From Heptranchias perlo (Eukaryota): a DNA stretch of 64,000 bases. Position 1 is the stretch's first letter; every line of letters starts with the position of its first letter. Made by a program: the position numbers and the translations under genes. The stretch is from positions 137,020,001 to 137,084,000 of the forward strand of contig NC_090326.1 in NCBI RefSeq assembly GCF_035084215.1, read 5' to 3'. Shown piece by piece: positions 49,800 to 62,445 of the stretch. A model generated the notes under the pieces. It saw nothing but the letters and a program-made list of their open reading frames with translations, did not search any database and had not been told where the DNA came from.

Positions 49800-51675
49800 A
49801 ATGCAAGGAAAAATGGAAAGGCAGCAGGCTGTGAGTGGTAGTAAAAGCAGCAACGGGATACAAAGAAAGTAACAGAGGTGCAAAAAGGGAATATAGAAAA
49901 AAAAACTTGCAAGGGATATCAAAGTTAACAGCGAAAGTTTTTAATAAATATTAAGAGCAAGAGAGTGGTTAAGGGAAATGTGGGCCCATTAAAGACAGGA
50001 GCAGACAAGACTATAATGGACAAAAAAGAAATGGTAAATTGTTAAATGAGTACATAGTATCTGTGAAGAGGACAATAACAGCAGTTCAAGGGAACCTAAA
50101 AATAAGTCAAGGGAAGGAACTTAGTGTACGTAATACAAGTTTAAAAAAATGATAATGGAGAAAATAATGGGACCTGATGGTTTCCACCCTAGGGTTTTAA
50201 AAGCAATAAGTGAGGAAATTAGAGATGCAGAAGTCATAATTTTCCAAAGCTCTCTAGATTCAGAAATTGTGCCTATGGATTAGAAAACTGAAAATGTCAC
50301 TCCATTATTTAAGAAGGGAGGGATGGAGAAACCAGGTAACTACAGACCTATCAGTTTAATATCACTTGTGCGGAAGTTACTACAATGTATCATCAGAGAC
50401 AGAGTGACTGAGTACTCTGTCAAGTATGAGCTGATCAAAGAGAGTCAGCATGGATTTGTGAAGTCATCTTGAATTCAAGTCATCTTGAATTTTTTGAGGA
50501 GGTCTGCCATGTGGATAGGGTAGTGTCTATGGATGTGGTCTATATGGACTTTTTTAAAAATTCGTTCACAGGATGTGGGCGTCGCTGGCGAGGCCAGCAT
50601 TTATTGCCCATCCCTAATTGTCCTCGAGAAGGTGGTGGTGAGCCGCCTTCTTGAACCGCTGCAGTCCGTGTGGTGACTGTTCTCCCACAGTGCTGTTAGG
50701 AAGGGAGTTCCAGGATTTTGACCCAGCGACGATGAAGGAACGGCGATATATTTCCAAGTCGGGATGGTGTGTGACTTGGAAGGGAATGTGCAGGTGGTGT
50801 TGTTCCCATGTGCCTGCTGCTCTTGTCCTTCTAGGTGGTAGAGGTCGCGGGTTTGGGAGGTGCTGTCGAAGAAGCCTTGGCGAGTTGCTGCAGTGCATCC
50901 TGTGGATGGTACACACTGCAGCCACAGTGTGCCGGTGGTGAAGGGAGTGAATGTTTAGGGTGGTGGATGGGGTGCCAATCAAGCGGGCTGCTTTATCTTG
51001 GATGGTGTCGAGCTTCTTGAGTGTTGTTGGAGCTGCACTCATCCAAGCAACTGGAGAGTATTCCATCACACTCCCGACTTGTGCCTTGTAGATGGTGGAA
51101 AGGCTTTGGGGAGTCAGGAGGTGAGTCACTCGCTGCAGAATACCCAGCCTCTGACCTGCTCTCGTAGCCACAGTATTTATGTGGCTGGTCCAGTTAAGTT
51201 TCTGGTCAATGGTGACCCCCAGGATGTTGATGGTGGGGGATTTGGCGATGGTAATGCCGTTGAATGTCAAGGGGAGGTGGTTAGACTCTCTCTTGTTGGA
51301 GATGGTCATTGCCTGGCACTTATCTGGCGCGAATGTTACTTGCCACTTATGAGCCCAAGCCTGGATGTTGTCCAGGTCTTGCAGGCATTGCACAAGAGAT
51401 CAAAAATGATGGGAATTGGAGGTAACTTTGTGACATGGGTTAGTAATTGGTTGGGAGGTAGGAGACAGAGTAGAGATAGAGGAAACATTCTCTAATTGGT
51501 GGGAAGTGAGAAATGGTGTTTCCCAGGAACTATACTGGGGCCTCAGCTTTTCACCATATATGTTAATGGGTGTGAAGAAAATGCAGGTAAATGGAGTTGA
51601 GGTACAGATCAGCCGTGATCTAATAGAACAGAACAGGTTAGAGAGGCTGAATGGCCTATCCCTGTTCCTATGTTA
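49800..51675 (+). mobile_element. Decayed CR1 LINE interrupted by an antisense LINE fragment
   Basis: GPDGFHPRVLK, NYRPISL and DVVYMDF motifs, with a CR1 tail cctgttcctatgtt. Confidence 0.8.
50551..51383 (-). mobile_element. Young 5'-truncated copy of the 19966-23236 LINE family
   Basis: ORF 50614-51393 is nearly identical to the C-terminus of 21489-23174. Confidence 0.92.
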
Positions 51676-53149
51676 AACACATCTTTGCACAACAGAGATA
51701 AAAATCCATCCTAATATTTCAAATTAAATACTGAGTAGGTAAAGAAGAATGATTTTTTTCCCTTGGAGGTGAAAGGGGTAGGAGGCTTTTAGGATGACAC
51801 CTCACTTGTTAGAGGAATGTTAGTCTTAATGAGGATTTGCTTGAACTACTATTTTCATTACTAAGAAAAATAAATGTAGAGTCCATTTTCTGCCACTGGG
51901 TGGCACTAGTATACTGAGGGCTAAGTTTCACTATTTCTTCTGCTTGGCAAAAATATTTGCCTTAGATTGAAATGACATGTAAACCTGAACTTTTGCTTTT
52001 TCTTTTAAACCAGACTAAAGAACAGTTAATAACAGAGAAAATACTTACTTTTTAATAAAGAAAGTCTGCCTCATGGTGTCATGAATAAGGAGAATGTTGG
52101 GACATAAACTCACTTCTTTGATTTCCCACAAAAGGAGTTCCTGATCTCACTATTCTAGTAATGGAAGATGAAATGCAGGATTTTCTCTGCTTTTCCTTCT
52201 TCTGAAAGTCCATCTGCATTATGTACCTTTGCCAGAACAGAAGGTCCCTAGACCTGATCCTAAGCAGTGGCCAACGATGCTCTCTATAACCGACTTCTGG
52301 GAGGTTTGCAAAAATGGTTCGGTTACTGGAAATCCAACTTTTCCTTCCTTCCTGTAGGAAGTGCATACCTATCACTAATTCCTACAGAAGTGCAGTTGAG
52401 AATGGAAATTTAACTGTACTGGGAAATCACAGGTTCTGAATGCTTCCTACACTACACCAGACTAGCACATCTGTTGACGCATCTAATCCAGTGGTATCTG
52501 GTTAATAAAGGCTGCATTCATTTTCAAACTTAGATATTGGTTAAGTATTCTTTGTTTTAAAATTGAAGTTGTTGCAATAAAAATTAAGATCTAACATGGT
52601 ATTGGCTTCTCTAAGAAATCATATTTCAGCTTAACTTGATACAATTGTTACAAATTTTACTTGATTTGTTTGTGCCTAATGTCCAAGGGAGGGTCCAAGT
52701 CAATTCAATTGTATTACACACATCTTGTGGGATTCATTCATACATGTTCGATTGGCACATTTTTTGAAAAATTGTTGTTTAAACAGGCTTGGTCCTAGTC
52801 ATTTTTTGATGGTACTTATGACCCCACCTTGATCAAATCATGAGTCTGTTGGCAACCTTCATAGAGATATATTTCTGTTCACTTTTTTTTAAAAAGAGAG
52901 TATTTATAAACATGTCTTGTTCAAATCAGTTAGACTGACTGTAACCTTCAAAAAGTGATAGGCAAAGATAGTTTCCATAGATGATGAGAAAAGAAAAAGT
53001 ATGTTATTTATATTACTTATATCATAGTATAGCACAGCCCTTGCAAATTATATATTTTTTTCCACTAAAAAAGTGGTTAGCTAAGCATAATAACGGTTGT
53101 CAATATATGATGTTTTATTGCTACTATTTGCTTGCTGTTTCTCAGTTGT

Positions 53150-53437
53150 CAGTCTTGTCTTAGAGGTAGTATTCTCGCATCTGAATCAGCAAGTTGTGGG
53201 TTCACAGACTTAAGCACATAATCTTGGCTGATACTTCAGTGCAGTACTGAGGGAATGCTGCACTACAGGAGGTGCAGTCTTTCAGATGAGAAATTAAATT
53301 GAAGCCCCCTCTGCTCTCTCAGGTGTATCTAAAAGATCCCATGGCACTATAGAAAGAAGAGCAGGGGGGAGTTCTCCAGGTGTCTTAGCCAACATTTATC
53401 CCTCAACAACATTACTAAAAACAAATTACTTGGTCAT
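53150..53437 (+). mobile_element. 5' part of a Deu-domain SINE, continued at 58934-59070
   Basis: Breaks at ..TGGTCAT| and resumes at |TTATCTCATTGCTG, contiguous in the intact copy at 14792-15252. Confidence 0.85.
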
Positions 53438-54145
53438 ACCTGGGTGATTTTAATCTACATATAGATGGGAAGAATCTGGTTGGCAAAGGTAGCCTGGAAG
53501 ATGAGTTCATAGAGTGCTTTTGGGACAGTTTCTTAAAGCAGCACATTCGACAGCCAACCAGAGAGCAAGCTATTCTAGATCTGGTAATGTGTAATGAGAC
53601 TGGATTAATTAATGAGCTCATTGTAAAGGAGCCCCTAGGTAGCAGTGATCACAATATGATTGAATTTCACATTCAGTTTGAGGGAGAGAAAAGTAAGTCT
53701 AAGGCTAGTGTTTTAAACTTAAATAAGGGCAATTATGAGGGCATGAAGACAAAACTGGCTAAAGTGAACTGGGAAATTAGGTTAAGAAATATGTCAGTAG
53801 AGATGCAATGGCAGACATTTAATGAGATATTTCATAACACTCAGCAAAGATACATTCCAGTGAGAAAGAAAGACTCTAGGGGAAGGGCGTACCATCCGTG
53901 ACTAACTAAGGAAGTTAAAGATAGTATCAAATTGAAAGAAAAAGCATACAATTCCAAGTAGATTAGTGGCAGGTCAGAAGATTGGACAGAATATAAAAAA
54001 CAGCAAAGAATGACTAAAAGAATAATAAGCAGGGAGAAATTCGAGTACGAGAGAAAGCTAGCTAGAAATATAAAAACAAATAGTAAGAGTTTCTACAGGT
54101 ATTTAAAAAGGAAAAAAGTAAAGTCAGTATTGGTCCTCTAGAGAG

Positions 54146-54738
54146 GGGCAGAAGTTATGCTGCAGCTATGCAAAACCCTGGTTAGACTGCACCTGGAGTA
54201 CTGTGAGCAGTTCTGGGCACCGCACCTGCGGAAGGACATATTGGCCTTGGAGGGAGTGCAGCGTAGATTTACTAGAATGATACCCGGACTTCAAGGGTTA
54301 AGTTACGAGGAGAGATTACACAAATTGGGGTTGTATTCTCTGGAGTTTAGAAGGTTAAGGGGTGATCTGATCGAAGTTTATAAGATATTAAGGGGAACAG
54401 ATAGGGTGGATAGAGAGAAACTATTTCCGCTGGTTGGGGATTCTAGGAGTAGGGGGCACAGTCTAAAAATTAGAGCCAGACCTTTCAGGAGTGAGATTAG
54501 AAAACATTTCTACACACAAAGGGTGGTAGAAGTTTGGAACTCTCTTCCACAAACGGCAATTGATACTAGCTCAATTGCTAAATTTAAATGTGAGATAGAT
54601 AGTTTTTTGGCAACCAAAGGTATTAAGGGATATGGGCCAAAGGCAGGTATATGGAGTTAGATCACAGATCAGCCATGATCTTATCAAATGGCGGAGCATG
54701 CACGAGAGGCTGAATGGCCTACTCCTGTTCCTATGTTC
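54146..54738 (+). mobile_element. Nested CR1 3' fragment
   Basis: ORF 54157-54660, tail CCTGTTCCTATGTTC, duplication CTAGAGAG at 54138-54145 and 54739-54746. Confidence 0.88.
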
Positions 54739-55112
54739 CTAGAGAGTGAGTCTGGAGAATAAGGAAATGGCGGATGAATTGAACAGATATTTTGCGTCCG
54801 TCTTCACTGCAGAGGATACAAATAACCTGACAGAAATAATTGTGAATCAAGAGGTGAAAGGGATGGAGGAACTTAAAACATTTACAATCACCAGGGAAAG
54901 GGTTCTGAAAAAAATATTCGAACTAAAAGCTGACAATTCTCCAGGTCCTGACGGACTTCATCCTCGGGTCTTAAAAGAAGTGGCTGCAGAGATAGTAATT
55001 GCATTGGTATTAATTTTCCAAAATTCCCGAGATTCTGGAAGTGTCCCATCAGATTGGAAAATAGCAAATGTAACTCCTCTATTCAAAAAAGGAGGGAGAC
55101 AGAAAGAAGGAA

Positions 55113-55555
55113 TCTTATAGGGAGAGGTTGGATAGACTGAGACTTTTTTCCCTGGAGCGTAGGAGGTTTAGGGGTGATCTTATAGAAGTCTATAAAATAA
55201 TGAGGGGCATAGATAAGGTAGATCGTCAAAATCTTTTCCCAAAGGTAGGGGAGTCTATAACGAGGGGGCATAGATTTAAGGTGAGAGGGGAGAGATACAA
55301 AAGGGTCCAGAGGGGCAATTTTTTCACTCAAAGGGTGGTGAGTGTCTGGAACGAGCTGCCAGAGGCAGTAGTAGAGGCGGGTACAAATTTGTCTTTTAAA
55401 AAGCATTTGGACAGTTACATGGGTAAGATGGGTATAGAGGGATATGGGCCAAGTGCAGGCAATTGGGACTAACTTAGTGGTATAAACTGGGCGACATAGA
55501 CATGTTGGGCCGAAGGGCCTGTTTCCATGTTGTAAACTTCTATGATTCTATGATT
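55113..55555 (+). mobile_element. Nested CR1 3' fragment of a different subfamily
   Basis: ORF 55128-55472 and a (TTCTATGA)n tail. Interrupts the host GNYRPVSL codons. Confidence 0.88.
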
Positions 55556-56068
55556 CTACAGGCCAGTTAGCTTAACATCTGTCATAGGGAAAATGCTAGA
55601 ATCTATTGTTAAGGAGGTTATAGCAGGGCACTTAGAAAATCTCAATGCAATCAGGCAGAGTCAACACGGCTTTGTGTAAGGGAAATCTTTTTGGACTAAT
55701 TTATTAGAGTTCTTTGAGGAAGTAACAAGCAAGGTAGATAAAGGGGATCTTGTGGATGTGGTGTACTTGGATTCCAGAAGGCTTTTGACAAGGTGCTACA
55801 TCAAAGGCTACTACACAAATAAGAGCTCATGGTGTAGGGGGGTAACGTATTAACATGGATAAAGGATTGGTTAGCTAACAGGAAACAGAGAGTAGGTATT
55901 TTCAGGTTGGCAAGATGTAACGAGTAGACTGCCACAGGCATCAGTGCTTGGGCCTAAAGTATTTACAATCTATATTAATGACTTGGATGAAGGGATCGAA
56001 TGTATGGTTGCTAAATTTGCTGATGACACAAAGGTAGGTAGGAAAGTAAGTTGTGAAGAGGACATAAA

Positions 56069-58114
56069 GGGCCTGATTTTAGCAGGCCTGTGGGTTTCCA
56101 GCGGGTTGGGTTTCGGGTGCGTGGCCTCCGCGCCCGGTGAAATTAGTGGGTTGCCCGCGCGATCGTAGCAGGCAATGCACTAATTGGAATCACTTACCTG
56201 CTCCTCCGGGCTCCGCGCTGCTGGTCTGCGCGTCGGGCGGGCTGCGCATGCGCAGTACGATCTGTCAGCTGGAGGCTCTCTACTTAAAGGGGCAGTCCTC
56301 CACTAACAGATGCTGCAACCAATGGAACAAATTACAGCATGGAGCAGCCCAGGGGGAAGGCTGCTCCCAGTTTAATGATGCCTCACCCCAGGTATCATCA
56401 GATGGGGTGAGGAGGAGGGGGAGGACAGAGATCTTCCACCCGGCGGGCGGGAGGAAGCGGCCTGCCTCTGCCACCAAGAAGGCCTGGCTCGAGGTGGCAG
56501 AGGGGGTCACCTGCACCACCAACATATCGCCCACCTGCATACAGTGCAGGAGGCGCTCCAATGACCTCAGTAGGTCAGCCACAATGAGAACACGTAGTCT
56601 TTCCCCTACACTCCGTCTGCCACAACACTGCCCCCACCCCACATCTCCTTCGGCACCGCCAACACTACTCTGTCACATCACCCCTCATACCCACTCAAAC
56701 CCCATCCTCATCTTACCTGCACCTACTCACCTCGCCAGTACTCACCCGCCACTAACACGCAACCCAATCCTCATACAATCTCATGGCTCTATCCCATACT
56801 CACCCTCTCGTGCATCTCTCTCACGGCCAGCCTCACTCAACCTGCCACCACCTGTGCTGCAGCCACAGGGTATGCATCGCATATGTGCAGTAGGCAGCGT
56901 ACGGCAAACGTGTCGTGAGCATGAAGGGGATGCACAAGGGTGTCTGAGGGTTTGCCATGGGTGTTACCTATATTGAATTTCAGAGCAACAAACATCACAC
57001 AGTATATTGGCTCCACCACTGCCATGTCTCTGCGAATCCTGTCCGTTGTGTCCAATAATGCCCGCTCCTGGGTATCACTATGAGGACCCACCACTGATGC
57101 CACCCATTGTGTTACTGCAGAGTAGGTGCAGGTGTATTTGCAGGGCTCTTCCGCGCAGACGACTGAGAGACATCGGCGGTGTACCCGGCTGCACCCTGGA
57201 AGGATGCGGAGGAGAAGTTGTGGAGGGCAGTGGTGACTTTGGCAGCGACAGGTAAGCAGATGGTGCTGGGGCCAGCCAGGAGCAGCTCGGCATGAAAGAG
57301 CCTGCAGATCTCCATGACTACATGTCGAGTGAATCTGCGCCTCCGTGTGCACTGCTGCTCAGAGAGGTCCGGGGAGCTGCGCCTCGGTCTGTGGACCCTG
57401 TGCGGAGGGTAGTGCCCTCTGCGACGCGTCTCTCTCTGCGGTAGCCCTCCCTCCTGCTGTACAGGTGGATGTGTCACAGCACTCTGTTGTGGAGCTCCAC
57501 GTGTCAGAGGTGGACGGCGTGGACTGCGAGGCTGCTGGGGCTGGTCATGCTGTTCGTCCTCCGAGGATGTCAACGCACCACCCATCTGGCAGGTGTTGGT
57601 CTGAGGGATTGTGCAGGGTAGGTAGGTGGTTCCTCGCACTGGGGCTGCGGTTTCACGTCGGTCTGTCCTCTGGCTTGGCGGGGGGTGGTGGAGGGCAGGG
57701 GTTGCCCTACGTGACGCGGTGGCCTCCTGCGTGGGTGAGGGCTCTCCCACCCGCTGTGGAGTGCACCTTGGCAGCTGCCACAGGCTGCTGGCTGGAACAC
57801 GACCGGTTGAAGGGAGACTGTTTCCCCCAGTGTGTGAAACACACTGCCTTGAACCTAAAATCCCACACTTCCTGTTTTGACAGCTGCTTCAGCTCATTTA
57901 ATGACCTCAACAAGCAAGGTAAGTACACTCAAGTGGAACCCCGCTGGCTTTAATTGCCTGCGGGATTCCCACCAGCGGGGCCTGCGCACGTAGCCCCGCA
58001 CGTCAGCGCGGCACCCGGAAGTGGCCGGGATCTCGGCGCGATCCGGTCACGTGGCTGGATATCGGGATTTTCGGGGCGCCCCCCCGCTGGAAACCCAACG
58101 CTAAAATCGAGCCC
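56069..58114. mobile_element. Non-autonomous Harbinger (about 2.05 kb), a related subfamily
   Basis: TIRs GGGCCTGATTTTAGC and GCTAAAATCGAGCCC with 3-bp TSD AAA. Myb fragment on + and transposase N-terminus on -. Confidence 0.92.
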
Positions 58115-58933
58115 AAAGAGTCTGCAAAGGGATATACATAGGTTAAGTGAGTGGGCAAAAATTTGGCAGATGGAGTATAATGTGGGAAAATGTGAACTTG
58201 TCCGCTTTGGCAGGAGGAATAGAAAAGCAGTATATTATTTAATGGAGAAAGATTGTAGAACTCTGAGGTACAGAGGGATCTGGGTGTCCTCGTACATGAA
58301 TCACAAAAAGTTAGTATGCAGGTACAGCAAGTGATTAGGAAGGCAAATGGAATGTTGTCATTTATTGTAAGGGGAATGGAATATAAAAGTAGAGATGTTT
58401 TGCTACAGTTGTACAGGGCATTGGTGAGACCACATCTAGAATACTGTGTGCAGTTTTGGTCTCCTTATTTAAGAAAGGACATAATTGCTTTAGAGGCGGT
58501 TCAGAGAAGGTTTACTCGACTGATTCCTGGGATGAGGGAGTTTATCTTATGAGGAAAGGTTGGACAAGTTGGGCCTGTATACACTGGTCTTATTGAAACA
58601 TATAAGATCTTGAGGGGACTAGAAGGGGTAGATGCTGAGAGGATGTTTTCCCTTGTGGGAGAGACTAGAACTAGGGGCCACAGTTTTAAAAAAAAATTCT
58701 CTCAGGAGGTTGTGAGTCTGTGGAACTCCCTTCTCCAGAGAGCAGTGGAGGCAGGGTCATTGAATATTTTTAAGGCTGAGTTAGATAGATTTCTGATTAA
58801 CAAGGGAGTCAAAGGTTATAGTAGGTAGACGGGAAAGTAGGGTTGAGGTCACAATCAGATCAGCCATGATGTTATCAAATGGCAGGGCAGGCTCGAGGGG
58901 CTGAATTCCTGCTCTTAATTCGTATGTTCGTAT

Positions 58934-59070
58934 TTATCTCATTGCTGTCTGTGGGACCTTGCTGTGTGCAAGTTGGCTGCCACATTTCCTACATTATAAC
59001 AGTGACTACCCTTGAAAAGTACTTCATTGGTTGTTAAACGGTTTGGGAAGTCGTAAAAAGTGCTATATCT
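58934..59070 (+). mobile_element. 3' part of the split SINE
   Basis: TTATCTCATTGCTGTCTGTGGGACCTTGCTGTGTGCAA..AAGTACTTCATTGG. Confidence 0.85.
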
Positions 59071-60580
59071 TTACACTTTAATAATTTTTTACGCAGTAAA
59101 GCATAAAAGGTCTGGTGGTGTTATTATGAACCCTTTCGAAAACAAAGAGGATCAAATGAAAGCATAGCTGAAATAAAGTTTGTTTCCTGGGAATGCTACC
59201 AATTTATCTACCTAACTGGACAAGTGAAAACACTCTGTCTGGAACATGAGGGCTGAAGTTAACAAGAGTAATCCAAACACTAAAGCAAAAATATGTATAG
59301 TGAAAAAAGTAAAGAAACCCCATAACTATAACAATTGTTTGGAACCGTTAAATTCCAATGGAAAGCATCAGGTTCTTGCTTCAAAGCATTGGTTATAGAT
59401 CGCTTCAAATTGTAGTGGCTTAAATCATTTTTAGCATGTTATATCTAATTTTTAAAAAATGTAATCTTCTTTGAAAGTCCCTCAGCAAAATGGTACTGAA
59501 CAATTCTTTCTCTAGTATGGATAATTTTGAAGTATCAAAATGTTTTCAATATCTCTGAAGAGGTGCAGACATCTTGGCTTTGATGGGTGACCTTCCACAC
59601 TTTTCACCTTGGAAACAACGAGTCTTCAAAGGGCTTCATAAATTAGGCTCTTTTTTGCTTTTGTATTCTGTCAGGCCTGGGGGCCACAGCAATAACCTGA
59701 ACCACATTCTAAATATCACTGAGGCTGATTGCACAGGAAAAGGGTATCGAAAACCAGGAAAAACCTATTGGCTGACACATCTACTAGATCAACAATATCT
59801 TTATCCACAACTGACTGACTGGGCAGCTTTGTGAGCTAAAAATGCAGCTACTCCCTAGCTTCTCTTGCACACCTTATTTCAAACAGTACAGCAACACTGG
59901 CAGAGGACTGGAAGATGGATTTCCAGGCTGTCTTCTCAAGATAATAGCATGGGGAGATTCCACAAAGAGCAAAAGAAACATCACTTTTTGGGTCAGATAG
60001 CTTCAGACCAGCATCAGAGATTTGATAACATAGTCTATTAAAAATATTAGAAAAATAAAGCACTTCATAAACTCCAATAACCATAGTGGAACAATTTTAG
60101 ACTAAAGTTTTGTAACATCATGTTGGCCATCAAAAATAAAAAGGCTTAATAAGTGGTAAAAAGTTTGAAAAATACAAGTAAAAAATGAAGAAAAACAAAA
60201 TAAAGGTATGAAACACAAAATGAAAAGGTTGCAAGAACAATAAAATAAGTAAATTATTACAATTAAAATGTAAAAAGGCTGCACCAGTGTGAGTACATCA
60301 TAAGGCCAGCTAGTGTAGGTGTCATTTGAGTTATTTTTACATAAGTTTGTTGGTACTATAAATCCAGAGTCAGGGTCCAACCTGGATCCAGAGAGTGAGG
60401 TGGAGTGGGACAACCTTCTCAAGGAAGTCTCATTCCGGGTTTACTCTGGAATCTGACTCCAGATTTGTTGTTACTGCAGTGTTTCTGTAGAAATGTTGCT
60501 ACAATATTCTGTGCAAGATTTAAAAAATAATTTTTTAAAAAACCACAGCTCCTCAGTACAGGCCTGCATTCTTCCATTAC

Positions 60581-60709
60581 TGTAAGGAATCTTACAACAC
60601 CAGGTTATAGTCCAACAGTTTTATTCAAATAAAACTGTTGGACTATAACCTGGTGTTGTAAGATTCCTTACATTTGTACACCCCAATCCATCACCGGCAT
60701 CTCCACATC
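60581..60709. mobile_element. Minimal PLE hairpin lacking the hammerhead region
   Basis: Arms 60581-60625 and 60628-60672, tail 60673-60709, TSD TTCTTCCATTAC at 60569-60580 and 60710-60721. Confidence 0.9.
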
Positions 60710-61199
60710 TTCTTCCATTACAGTAGAGCAAATGTACTGCAGTGACATATGGCAAGAAGCCCCTTGTACAGCATCCAGAACATTTGGTGTGAACAAGACA
60801 AACTGTTTACAGCTACTCCGCTCCCACTCCCATCCCTGAATTCCATCAAGCATTTGCCAAAACATAACAAAAATTCAGTGTAGGCGATATGGTTCACTGA
60901 CAGAAGGGAAAGGGATATTACTTGCACTAAATCACTGTTGTGTAGTGAACTTTTATATATTTATATACACACAAAAGTTACTAAACAATATTACAGATAC
61001 AGCGATACAATAGATGGGCAGGAACAACCGAGTAATAATTCTTTCCATTTAAAAAAAATCAAGGCACACAAAGTATAACACATATTAAAGACAAACAACC
61101 CCCACAATTCCTCTTATTTTTTGAAGATAAAATATCACAATCGAAAATTAGGAAAATGGCAACAAAACAAAGGACGACCAGAAAACAAAATTGTTTGTT

Positions 61200-62310
61200 A
61201 CATCGAGTCGACAGCACAGAAACAGGCCATTCGGCCCAACTGGTCTATGCTGATGTTCATGCTCCAGACAAGCCTCCTCCCTCCCTACTTCATCTAACCC
61301 CATCAGCGTACCCTTCTATTCCTTTCTCCCTCATGTGCTCATCATATTTGCCTCAACTACTCCTTGTGGTAGTGTGTTCCACATTCTTACCACTCTTTAG
61401 GTAAAGAAGTTTCTCCTGAATTCTCTATTGGATTTATTAGTGACTTTCTTATATTTATGACCTCAAATTTTGGACTCCCCTACAAGTGGAAACATTTTCT
61501 CGACATCTACTATATCAAAACCTTTCATTATCTTAAAGACTCTATCAGGTCAACCTTCAACCTTCTCCTTTCTAGAGAAAAGAGCCCCAGCCTGTTTAGC
61601 CTTTTCTGATAAATATGTTCTCTCAGTTCATCCTTGTGAATCTTTTTTGCACCATCTCCAATGCCTCTATATCCTTTTTATAATATGGAGACCAGAACTG
61701 TCACAGTACTCCAAGCGTGGTCTAACCAAGGTTCTACACAAGTTTAACATGACTTCTCTGCTTTTCAATTCTATCCCTCTAGAAATGAACACCAGTGCTT
61801 GGTTTGCCTTTTTAATGGTCTTATTAACCTGCTTCACTACTTTTAGTGATGTGTATCTATACCCTGAGATCCCTTTGCTCCTCTACCCCACTTAGACTCT
61901 TATTCTCCAAGCAGTACATGGCACCACCTCACACTTATCTATATTGAAATTCACGCCGATTCTGCAAGTGTTTTAATGTCTTCTTGCATTTTGACGCATT
62001 CTTCCTTTGTATTTACTACCCCCCACCCCAATTTGGTGTTGTCCGCAAATTTTGAAATTGTACTTCTGATTCCTGAGTCCAAATCGTTAATGTAAATTGT
62101 GAACTGTGATCCCAGCATCGATCCCCATGGAACACCACTTCCCACCACCCGCCAGACCGAGCAGCAACCCCAGCCCCTACTCTCTGTTCTCTGCTCCACA
62201 GCCAGCCCACCACCCACTCCGCTACCTGACTCCACATGGTCTGGCCCTAGCCATGAGTCTATAACGTGGTACCCTATCAAAGGCCCTTTGAAAATCCAAA
62301 TACACCACAA
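61200..62310 (-). mobile_element. CR1 LINE RT 3' fragment
   Basis: GVPWGSMLG..YINDLD..SKFADNTKLG and a CR1 tail acagaaacaggccattcggccc. Confidence 0.85.
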
Positions 62311-62445
62311 TTTTGGTCAAACTGGCCCATCCCCCACCTCCCTGTTTCCCCCCCTCCCCATCTCAATCGAAGAGGGCCCGGAATTTCCTGCTCTCACAAG
62401 GCAGAAGCCTTGGGAATGATGGAAATGACTCAGACACCTGTTACA

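Larger units (their letters stand above)
53438..58933 (+). mobile_element. CR1 LINE (EN-RT-3' tail) hosting three nested insertions
   Basis: LGSSDHNMIEF, SPGPDGLHPRVLKE, KFADDTKVG, LVRPHLEYCVQFW and tail TTCGTATGTTCGTAT. Confidence 0.9.

Noticed and set aside
52079-52375. Minus-strand ORF or possible exon (EGRKSWISSNRTIFANLPE..)
   Set aside because: An AG acceptor exists but the donor is weak, the phase does not fit neighbouring exons and no similarity to ARHGAP12 was recognised.
8182-60709. Recurring TTACAACACCA(A/G)GTTATAGTCC repeats as a CRISPR-like array
   Set aside because: Dispersed and inverted, with no regular spacers; explained as PLE termini in a eukaryotic intron.
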